From positions 15,128,001 to 15,192,000 of the forward strand of contig JBHGNT010000008.1 in assembly GCA_043228905.1 (NCBI GenBank): a stretch of 64,000 bases of DNA, read 5' to 3'. This stretch comes from Azolla caroliniana. Its lineage: Eukaryota > Plantae > Polypodiophyta. Positions 13,620 to 23,533 of this stretch are shown here, in pieces (position 1 is the first letter of the stretch; every line of letters starts with the position of its first letter). Position numbers and translations under genes: made by a program. Under the pieces are notes generated by a model. That model ran no database searches. It was not told the DNA's origin and saw nothing but the letters and a program-made list of their open reading frames with translations.

Positions 13620-13950
13620 GTGTAGTAGCTAGTTAGTTACATCTTAGCTAATTAGCTAAGTCGTATAAAGTGTGGTAGCTACTTAGTTGTTATAGTTCCG
13701 TAGTGTAGTAGCTAATTAGCTACAACCTAGGTATTAGCTAATTAGCCAAGATGTAGCTAATTAGCTACTGCAAATCTATGGTCTAACAACTAATTAGCTA
13801 CTCCAAATCTATAGTCTAACAACTAATTAGCTATAGTGTAGCTAATTAGCTAAGCAATATCAAAAGTGGTAGCTAATTAGCTACTACCATAGTTAAGAAG
13901 AATAGCTAATTAGCTAATATCATAATTAAGTAGAAAAGCTAATTAATTGT
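13620..13950. repeat. Cluster of AGCTAATTAGCT palindromes
   Basis: Roughly ten perfect or near-perfect copies of the 12-bp palindrome in ~330 bp. Confidence 0.85.
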
Positions 13951-14001
13951 TCACGTTATTATAGTCACTTTAACCAGGGTTGGTAAGCTTAAGGTTTATA
14001 T

Positions 14002-14131
14002 AGGAACTCGATACAGTGTATCGAGTTCCTGTGTAAAACACAAACTTTAAACAAGAACTCGATACATTGTATCGAGTTCCTATATAAAACCGTAAACTTT
14101 AAACAGTAACTCGATATGTTGTATCGAGTTC
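14002..14131. repeat. Three spaced palindromes AACTCGATAC-N3-GTATCGAGTT (~53 bp period)
   Basis: Perfect 14-bp-arm palindrome at 14002-14030; further copies near 14056 and 14109; homologous array at 49141-49426. Confidence 0.9.
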
Positions 14132-15139
14132 TTGCGTGCTAAAACATATTTACAAAAATGTCCAGACTACCAGGCGCTTACCTGGATTCTTAGTGCTCGA
14201 TTTTCTTCGAAGACATGATTCTCGTTGTCGAAGCTTAGGGGGAGATGACAATTTGGTGTTGTGTGCTATGGGCTCTTTGTGCTTTGTCTGCTCTCTGTGC
14301 TCGTGTGCTCTGTTTTGCGCGTGAGTGATTGAGAAATGAGGAGGTCTTCCTATTTATAGGGATTGACCACTGTGGTTAAAGTAACCATAGTCACTTTAAC
14401 TAGGGTTGGTAAGCTTAAGGTTAGTTAGTTAGACCTAAGAAAGAGTTAGTTACTTTATTTAGTACATAATTTTGAATGTATCAATGACTCTCTAATGGAT
14501 TTGAATTAAATGATGCTTATGAATGAATCAATGATTAAATACTCAAACTAACATATTAATGATTATTTTATACTCAAACTAACATACAATGCCTTTGATA
14601 GAGGTTCATGAATGAACCAATTATTGAATACTCAAAGCAACATTTTTATGACTCTCTAATGTTTTGTATTAAAGATATGGCCATGAATGAACCAATGATT
14701 GAAAAGGTTTATATTTAAAATGGTGGGCATGAATGAACCAATGATTGAGAAGTTCTATATTAAATATGGGTGCCATTAATTAACCAATGATTTTAACTTT
14801 AAATCAACATATATATGGCTTGGTAATGATTGTAATTATATTATACTTCATGGCTAAAGTAAATTTAATTTAAATTAAATATTATAGGATTAATAAGGTA
14901 TAAAATATAATTGATTCAACTTTATACCGACTAGTTTAAGTAATTATTAATATGTTAAATAAAATTATTATATTAAAAATAATATCTTTATTTATTGTAT
15001 TAATATAATATTAAATAATATAGACATTATATTGAGGGAGCTTCTGTTTAGTGAGGAGTTTATGTTTAGAGAGGAGCTTATCAGTTTTTTATATTAGCCC
15101 AAGCACATAACTTAAAGAGCTCTGTGTGGACCTTAAGCC

Positions 15140-17879
15140 ATGAGTGAAGACTCACCGTTCTCGATTGAAGAATATTGTTTGTCATTAGACTCTTCGTTTT
15201 CTACCGAAGAGTATTGTCTATCGACAGACTCACCATTTTCTATCGTAGAATATTGTCTCCAAATATGTTGTGCCCATGGTTGTATGTCAATGATTGGAAA
15301 ATCAAAGTTGCGAGAATTAAGGCGATACTATTATTCGATGACTCGTGATGAGCAAGACACTTACCTCGGGTCACATATGCAACTAGTTTCTAACAAATGT
15401 ATGGGGATCAAAGTATCATTCGAGTATTATATCTTCCATGCGCAACAGATATATAGAGTTGCATTCAAAATTGTGTTATGTGTTAGTAACATGCGACTAC
15501 ATAGAGTACAACAACGTCTACTTAGCGGGGATCAGGTGCTCAATTGTCAAGAGGTTCCAAGTATGAAAGGTGCAATTGGAAGACATGCTATTGGTTGGAT
15601 GAAAAGTTACTTTTAGTTAAATTGTGAAGTAATGCCCACTACAAGTAGGATGCACCTCTCTGATAATTACACACGTCGGGAAGTTTATGATGTCTATCGA
15701 TCTGATATGGTGGGTTCACGCAATAAATCTGTCACATATAGCCAATTCACAAGATTATGGAGAGCTTGGTTTTCAAATGTACGCATGGGGTATTGCTCCA
15801 TTTGTGCAAATCTTAAAAGTTTGGCGAAAGGTGCAAAGACATCAATGGAAAAGGATATGAGTACAGCCATGGTAGATAAAGGTCAAATATATTGTGAAGC
15901 CATGGTGATGAGTGTTTATTTATATGCTGATCAACATGCAAGAATGGAAGAAGATGGATGAACATTGGGTCTTATCCAATGATCACATGAGATGCGAAAA
16001 AGAGTCATGTATGTGTGTCCACCGCTCTTTGTAGTCTTCTAGTTTGAGTCTCTAAGTTTGTTATTGGCCTATCATGACCACAACTTTTATGATGTTGTCA
16101 GACTAATCATTTTCTCATGTATGTAGAATTTATACTAATGAAGAATATTGTTTTGGAAAAAAGAAGAAGGATATGAGTAAGAAGTTACTACAGGAGCATC
16201 GTGAGGCACAATCATTAGAACGAAGGAAGGTGATGCAGCATAGAGACAAGTGTTTGAAGAGGCCTGAACAATACATGTGCTTAATGATAGATGGCATGGA
16301 CCAGAAGACGATGTGCTTGCCGTATATGCGGAGGCTCCCCAAAGACATCAATGATGAGTGCCTTGTTCAAATGCACTTGGTGGGAGCTTGGCTTATATAG
16401 GTGTATTGGACCTCACGCCTTCATTACATACCCTAATGTTCACAATGACCCTAACATAACAGTTACAGTGATTCACGGAGTTTTGATGTCTTGGGGCCAA
16501 CCGTTCCCCCCTGTTCTATACATTCAATTGGACAATACTGCTACAGAGAACAAAAATTCAACTGTGTTTGGCTATCTAACTATGTTGGTCAGCCAAGGAT
16601 TGTTTAGAAAAGTGAAAGTCAATTTTCTTTTGGTTGATCACGCACATGATCATACAAATCAGATGTTTAGCACATTCTCCAGACAGATGTCTCGGCATGA
16701 TTCTTTCACATTACCAAAACTATTTGATGTCATTTGTGATGCATATACACTACACCCAAAAGTGTTACACTTGAAGGAGGTATATGACTTTAAGAGATAT
16801 ATATCAGATGGGGATGTTGGGAATGTTAAAGTGCTCGCCCAGTTAAACAATATAAGCTTCAATCACATTTTTATGATAAAGAAAAATGAAATAAGTTTTT
16901 CTACGCTTTTGTATTCTAAACAATGTTCATCTTCTACAACATGGGAACCTGAAGGTGGTTGCCAGTTATTACTTTGTATTAATTGTCCATGGAGTTAAAC
17001 AAATGCCAATTGAGAAGAAAGGATAGTTGCATAATGACTTAGTATCGGAACAAAAACAATTATGGCTCCAAGCCTTACAAGAAAAAAGAAAGCATATCGA
17101 GGCCGCCAAGCAATATGCCGCACAACAAGACACGTCATGATGGGATGTATCTTTTAGTGATCAGAAATGAATTATAGACAATTGTGTATTAGGTGATAAT
17201 TGGAATTTGGAAACGCCATTCACATGGTCGCTACAATATGATCGTGTAAATAAAACTTCGGAGCAACTAGCAAATGCGATTAATGACAGGTTGGTCCATC
17301 CACAACAAAGAGACATTTATGTGGGACCAAGGATCACCAAAGCAACCAAAGCTAGATGGCAACGCCGGGGATGTTGATTGCAACGCCGACTGATGAGAAC
17401 TCACATGGCAACCAATTTTGGGTTGGTAAAATTCTAGAAGTGCTAATGCATGAAATAGAAAACATGATCAAGTGTATAAACGTTCAATGGTACAACACTA
17501 GAAGTATACCTTGGAGATGATTGAATGCCCAACGACAAGGGGAGGTAGAAAGAGGAAGCGAAACATTTCTAACACCTCGACCCTTGATATCTCTGATGTG
17601 GATATCATCATGTACGACTTTACGCTTACAAAAGCCGGACGATTAAGGAAGTCAACAATAGATATAATAAAAGAAAACTTACCAAGTCTACAAGGTGGCT
17701 CGGGTCGAAGGCAAACGAGATCTGCTACATATAGTCTAGAGTCAAACCATTTGGTTTATGACGAAGATAATGCACTGATTGGTACATCCGAGGATGACGA
17801 GCATGAATCTTCATTGTATATTAGTTATAGTCATGATTCTCCATAAAGGAGTGATCATGAATGTATTTTTGGCTATTAA
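15140..17879 (+). pseudogene. Decayed DUF7869/Sola-like DNA transposase, copy 1
   Basis: Motifs MGYCSIC, LMIDGMDQK, HNDPN, YIQLDNT..ENKN, FLLV.H.HDH..QMFS; frameshifts and stops; collinear with 50511-53222. Sola assignment is by motif recall. Confidence 0.7.
15864..16166 (+). mobile_element. ~300-bp TPRT-type insertion (5'-truncated LINE, SINE or retrocopied 3' end)
   Basis: 13-bp direct repeat AAGGATATGAGTA at 15851-15863 and 16167-16179; A-rich 3' end; absent from the paralog near 51460. Confidence 0.8.
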
Positions 17880-18209
17880 GTGTAACTACATTCCGCTTGT
17901 AACAAATCGAGTAATATAAAAGCATGTGTTTTGAATTCTTATGATTTCTAAAAAATCGTTTCTTATAAAATAACATTGGTTTTAAAGTTTGTGATATAAA
18001 TTGAGAATGTAACTTTTTGAAATTCCTCTTTTTATTATTATTTCTAAATCACGAAAATAGTGGATTTTTAACCTTTTTCATAGTATATTTGAACATGTAT
18101 GATACTGGTATCAATGTGTTTTGTAAAATCATTGAAAAAATTACTAAAATCAACCAAAATATTCCTTATCCTTCCATTTATGCGTGATCCTTCCACTTGT
18201 GAACGCGAA

Positions 18210-19825
18210 CTAGTCCGGCCCAAGAGTAACACAGTTTTGGTGACCACGATTCTTGTGGAAAGCAGTGAACAATGGGGGGATGGATGACTAGGCCAACGAA
18301 CGACCTAGTCGTTGAATGAGCAAGAAGACTAGGGGAAAGATTGCGGAAGCGGGAAGCTCACTAGCAGGCGGCTAAGCAGATCCGGTTGGATCGGTCTTTT
18401 TTTGGCGAGATACGGCAGGTCGCGGAGGAGTCCCTCCGGTTACAGTACAATCCATACCCGGACGAAGGAAGCAATTTGAGCAGTTTGTGGTACGCGGAAT
18501 CCATCCTAGAGATCCTCACGGCGAGCGAGAGAGATTCGGGAGCGTTTTCGGCTATTGAATCGGATTATCGAGAGCACAGTGCTCAGTCCAATTATATGGA
18601 GCAGTCACGACACCCCGGAAGGCCCGGAAGATGACGATTCAGAAAACATACGGACGTGAGAACTGGAAACGACAAAACCGACATCCCCGGTTAACGAAAC
18701 AAGGCCGGATGAGCAAGTACCGACACCAACAAACAACCAATTGGAGACTAAGGAGGAACAGGCTCCGATATCACCACCCGAGTCACCAAAAAATTAGGAG
18801 GAGCGGGTACTAGCAGAACAGATAGACGATGACACCATGCCGTACCAGTATTCGAAATATCGAGATGACCCGGACGTGGAAGCCCACATATACACTTTTC
18901 GCCAAACATAGGAGCCAAACCATGTTTCCCAACGACTAAATGAAGTAGAGGACGAACGATGAAAGATAGTAGAATTCGGCATGACCTTGGAGGGATTGGT
19001 GGCACGATGGCTCTCTAAGCACCTCCCCGGTAGTATTGACATATTTGAAAAGTTAAAGACAAGGTTTCTATGATTCTTCCACATACAGCTGTATCAAAGG
19101 AAAATTGTTGGGCAATTCTATACGACACGACACGAACCAACAGAAACCATTCAGTAGTTCGTCATATGGTTCCAGGAAATGCATAGTCAACTCACTAGAG
19201 CACCGTCGGAAGAAGAAGCGTAAGCGGTATTTTTGGCGTCGCTTCGAGAACCCCTCCGAATAGTGTGTGCAGTCATAGATTTTCGGTCAACACAATAGAC
19301 CAGGTTATTTACTAGGTCATGGACATGGAGTATGATCGGGACCGTGAGCGATATGATCGTGATTACTCCCCCAACCATAATTGGAGGAGGGATGACCAAC
19401 GGCGAGACTATGCAGATTCGGATAGGCGTTGGACGGGATATCGAAACAACCAACGCTACAATAAAAAACAGAATGCTCAAAGAGAGGAGTGTCGAGAACC
19501 GGCAAAGGATTATCAATAGGAGCCAGATAGAAACATCACGGGTATTCAATCGAAGCAACGAAGATTATAGGATCCCAGCCGAGCAATATTCGGTTTTCAA
19601 CTAGGTAACACGGCAAAAGCGGAGACTAGTAATACAAGAAAGGTGTATTGCTATTATTGCAAGCAAGACGGACACTACAACAACCAGTGTTCGGTCAAGA
19701 ATAACGAGAAACAACCGCTAGTTAATATGGTTATAGCGGAGGTGGCCAACATTCAGCAGGTCACCACCCGGTCAAAAGGAAAGATGGCCGAATGGGAGGC
19801 TTAGGAAGCAAGCCACAGAATGGAT
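18210..19825 (+). mobile_element. Decayed 5' relic (LTR end, PBS, gag) of a relative of the 20052-29837 gypsy element
   Basis: ...GAGTAACA CAGTTTTGGTGACCACGATTC followed by gag-like text (YSKYRDDPDVEAH, CYYCKQDGHY..QC, QQVTTRSKG) with stops; fused by deletion to a chromovirus pol. Confidence 0.85.
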
Positions 19826-20472
19826 AGAGAAGGCTCGTATCTAGCACCATGTCCTGGCGCGCCAGCTTTCAATAACCAAAAGCAAGTAATCCTAGGACTC
19901 GCACGACTGCAAGCAATGCAGGTCTTCGGTATGCCCTTCGATTCCCACGTTATCGATACCATACGCGAGGACTTGAAGAGAGATGCTTTCGCCCAAGCCA
20001 TTCTAGCACAAATTGATCCCTGTCGAGCATCTTCTTCTCAATCGCAACAACTGTTATTCTCTGACCGGACAAGGCCTAACACAAGGTGTCACGGAGACAC
20101 TTCACCAAAGGGTGATTACGGCATAGGATTAAGATTCAACGATTACACCGACTTACGTAGGTTACACGATTAGAGTGCTTTGGTTAATTACACGCGTAAG
20201 ATATAACAGTGATTACAGAACGGAAATCAACACAGAAGTATAAACACCATATGCTCTATTAATTATCCGCTCCGATTACAATGGGGTCCGGGCCTTTAAA
20301 TAGGTTTCCGGCCCGTAGTACAAAACGGTGCCCATCGCACCTATTCGGGATCCGTCCGGATCTGGAACGGCATACCGTTTCCAGTCCATCCGTCCACACT
20401 ATTCCTATTTACAACCACACTTAATTAATTCCTTCACTCCGTATTTTGGACTCCTTGCCGGCCGGTAACACA

Positions 20473-20489
20473 TGGCACGCCCGTGGGAC
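20473..20489 (+). other. Inverted PBS-like site (complement of tRNA-Arg(UCU) 3' end) at the position where the PPT should be
   Basis: TGGCACGCCCGTGGGAC, 2 nt inside the 3' LTR; one base short of TGGCACGCCC(G/A)GTGGGAC, the tRNA-Arg PBS known from plant Tat-type elements; no purine tract on the sense strand. Confidence 0.8.
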
Positions 20490-20522
20490 AGTACCTTGTA
20501 CGTCGAACCCTTCTCGGCCCCT

Positions 20523-23456
20523 TCATTGTTCACCCAAATTATCCAAAATACTTTGTTCCAGAACTTCCACTTGTTCTTCCGGTTGTGGTTGTTGCGGCTG
20601 TGCTTGCTGCTGCTGTTGTGGTTGCGGTTGGGACTGAGGCTGCTCCGGCTGCTCTGCTTGCTGCTGCTGCTGTGGTTGCGGTTGGGACTGAGACTGCTCC
20701 GTTTGTTTCTCTGACTCCGGCATCTCCGTTTGACTGCTTCCGGTCCGGTCTCCTTCCAGTAACGGTTCCTCATCACTGAGGTTGACCGTAACCGGTTCTC
20801 GTGCTTGCTCTTCCCGGATCCGGGACCTCTCGTAGCTTTCAAACTGGATCTGCGCCTCCAACCTGTCGTCGTCCAGCTGAGCTACAAGTTGCCGGACTTG
20901 CCCTAGTTGGTCGTCTGCCAAGGCTTGAAAGTCCTCGGCCAGCTCATCTCTTATGCCGGTGAAGTCTTCGGAAGTCAGCATATAGCAATCATCTCCCTCC
21001 TTCCGCCGGTTCTCTACGTCGGCCCGGAGCAATTGGAGTTCCGCCGCGTTCGTGGCCCACTTGGTCCACCATTTGACAGAACCGTTGTCAATCAAGCTCT
21101 TGGTCTGGTTCAACCAGGCCCGCATGATATCCTGGATACGACTTGCTCCCATTTGCGCTCTACTTTCCACAACTTGTCGTTCCTCCTTCAACTGCTTAAT
21201 GAGATTAGCCGTATCCTCCGCCTGCTCTCTGTAGCGCGTCAGCTGCCCTTGATATGTTGTCTGCAGCCTCTGCAGTACCTCCGCCGCTCTTTCTTTTTCC
21301 GCCTGCTGTTGCCTGAGGAGCTCTGTCCGAACCTTCTCCGCCTCCTCCAACCGTCTTCTGGTTTCCGCTTGTTCCTTAGCGTATGCCGTTGCGGTCCGAT
21401 CAACTGCTTGCCGGAGCTCATCTGTCCGTTCCTTGTGCTCCGTTTGCAACCGTTTATACTCCCGGTGCAAGTGCTGAAATTCCTCCGTTTTTTGTTTGAG
21501 CTTGCCGTTGATCTGGCGCTGGTTCCGGTCCTCCCGGTCCTTTACCTGCCGGAGTTCCTCTTTCAGGCGCTCTACTTCTGTTTCGGCGTTCCTCCGGAGC
21601 CTGTCCTTCTCTTGCAGCATTTTCTCCTTCTCCTCCTTGAGCCGGTCGTACGCTTGGTGGCCTTTCCGTAAGCTCTCCTCGGCCCGGCGTAGATTCTCAG
21701 CAGTCTTTTTGAGTTCTGCCTCCGCTGCCGTCTTCAATTCTCTTTCGCGGCTCCTCAGCGCTTCTTGGGCAGCTAGCTCATCCTTTAAATCCGCAAGCTC
21801 TTGGGCTTGTGCCGCATTTCTCTCCGGAACGGTTTCCGTTGCCGGGGTCTGATTGCTATGTACAGGTTGATCTGACGCCTTATTCTGTACATTGCCCGGA
21901 GTCACCGGTGCTTGGACTTGTGTTGTCAAAGCCAATTGAGCCATTTCCCTTGTGACCCTGTCCAAGTCTTGTTCAAGGCTCCGGATCCTGGACCGGGCCG
22001 TCTCTAGATCTACGGTTGTGACGAGCAACCGTTCGTGGTGCGCTCTCTCCTCCGCCTCTATGTACTCGACCGCTCCGGCGATCTGCTCGCCTACCCACCG
22101 TAGCCACATGCTACTGGTGCCTTGATGTTGTACTGGTCCTACTCCTTGGCCACCGTGTGTGCTAGCTGGGCTCGCCGGCTGTTGAGTTCCGGTTCTCGCC
22201 GTCTCCGGAGCCGTTGGAATGACTTCTTCTATAGAAGTCGACAAGGCTGGTTCCATACGCACCGGATCCGGTTCCTCCCTTGTGGTTTGCTCAGGTTGAG
22301 TTGGGGGCGTCGTTTCTTCCTCTTGCGGGTACGAACGCTCCCCGGCGGTCCTACTTCTTGACCGTCGTTGGAGGTGCTCTTCTGCCTCCTCCGTTTCCTC
22401 TTCTTGGGTAACGGCATGTTTCTGTGGCGTCAAGGGTTCCGGTTCCTTCTGTCCCGGTCGCCGTATGGTTATCTTAACGGGTCGGACCGGTGACACCTCC
22501 TCCGGTTCTGGGACCCGTTTCTTCCCTTTCGTCGCCTTCGACGCCAGCAGCTGTTGTCGTTTAGACGCGGGTTTCGAGGTGCTTCCTTCCAATAATCTTG
22601 GCCGCTTCTTTGGCTGGACGGTCTCGACCGGCGGCACTAGCAATGTTATCCACTGAGCTACGACATGCCACAGCTTCCGGCCCTCCTTGTCGTCCTTTCC
22701 TCGTACCATGTCGATTGCCGCGCACAACCCGTCTGCAATCAACACCGGCCAATCCACCTTGATCCCTTCATAGGTGGCTATGATCATCCCTGCCCGATTT
22801 TTTGGCATGACAGGGGGTCGGGGGTACACGTGGCCGTACTCATGGAGCACTCGAGCTATCTCCCTGAATAGCGGATCTTCGCCGCCCTGCGTTCGATAGC
22901 CTTTCCCGGCAACAGAGTACTCACCGAAATATCGGATGAGTTGCTCCGAGGTTGGGTTATCGATCTGAAAGATACCTCCCTCCGGAAGGCCTGTTAGCGC
23001 ACGGATCGCTTCCTCGGTGATTACCTCTGTGGCAAGCTCCTTGATGACCCGGTCGGCTTCTCTGTGCGGTGGTGCCTCCATGATGGTCAAGAACCCATCC
23101 AGTCCGTGTTGCCTGAACCATTTCCTGGCCGCTTCCGTCAGCGTTTGTGGTTGCATGTCTGCTTCGAGGTCGAGGAAGGATGGCGAGGTAGAGTGGTGAA
23201 GAGAGTGAGAGCGAGAGAGAGAGCGTTCTGAACGCGGGGGTTCTCTGAGTGCAGGTTCGCGTTTGCTAAGCTTCCACTGCCTTGGTGCTTCTGTGCTTCT
23301 TGGCTCGCGAAAAAAGAAGGTCTCCATGCGCTCTTCTTTTTCTCTGTGCGTCTTGGCGCCTTTTTCGAGCATGCGCACGTCGTGTACCGATTTAGTATTA
23401 AGTAACGTGGCGGCTCTTAAATGCCCACTACGTACCTTTTCGCTCCTTGCTTTCAC
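20523..23456 (-). CDS. Additional ORF (up to 977 aa) downstream of pol: putative globular N-terminal domain, P/E/T-rich linker, long coiled coil, Q-rich tail
   Basis: Uninterrupted ORF inside the LTRs; IRALTGLPEGG and IKVDWPVLIADGL resemble plant retroelement accessory-ORF motifs; heptad-rich E/K/R/Q region. True start is uncertain (GTG at 23456 or a downstream ATG). Confidence 0.85.
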   Translation of the reverse strand: MKARSEKVRSGHLRAATLLNTKSVHDVRMLEKGAKTHREKEERMETFFFREPRSTEAPRQWKLSKREPALREPPRSERSLSRSHSLHHSTSPSFLDLEADMQPQTLTEAARKWFRQHGLDGFLTIMEAPPHREADRVIKELATEVITEEAIRALTGLPEGGIFQIDNPTSEQLIRYFGEYSVAGKGYRTQGGEDPLFREIARVLHEYGHVYPRPPVMPKNRAGMIIATYEGIKVDWPVLIADGLCAAIDMVRGKDDKEGRKLWHVVAQWITLLVPPVETVQPKKRPRLLEGSTSKPASKRQQLLASKATKGKKRVPEPEEVSPVRPVKITIRRPGQKEPEPLTPQKHAVTQEEETEEAEEHLQRRSRSRTAGERSYPQEEETTPPTQPEQTTREEPDPVRMEPALSTSIEEVIPTAPETARTGTQQPASPASTHGGQGVGPVQHQGTSSMWLRWVGEQIAGAVEYIEAEERAHHERLLVTTVDLETARSRIRSLEQDLDRVTREMAQLALTTQVQAPVTPGNVQNKASDQPVHSNQTPATETVPERNAAQAQELADLKDELAAQEALRSRERELKTAAEAELKKTAENLRRAEESLRKGHQAYDRLKEEKEKMLQEKDRLRRNAETEVERLKEELRQVKDREDRNQRQINGKLKQKTEEFQHLHREYKRLQTEHKERTDELRQAVDRTATAYAKEQAETRRRLEEAEKVRTELLRQQQAEKERAAEVLQRLQTTYQGQLTRYREQAEDTANLIKQLKEERQVVESRAQMGASRIQDIMRAWLNQTKSLIDNGSVKWWTKWATNAAELQLLRADVENRRKEGDDCYMLTSEDFTGIRDELAEDFQALADDQLGQVRQLVAQLDDDRLEAQIQFESYERSRIREEQAREPVTVNLSDEEPLLEGDRTGSSQTEMPESEKQTEQSQSQPQPQQQQQAEQPEQPQSQPQPQQQQQAQPQQPQPEEQVEVLEQSILDNLGEQ

Positions 23457-23533
23457 GTCCGTTCACACCTCGATTTTTAATGATTTCATTTTATTTTTAT
23501 TTTATTTTTATTTTTTTATGACGGTATGTGACC

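Noticed and set aside
20047-20051. Same TSD ACAAC for the gypsy (20052) and the copia (43528)
   Set aside because: Unrelated integrases and only two events; other TSDs in the window differ; chance cannot be excluded.
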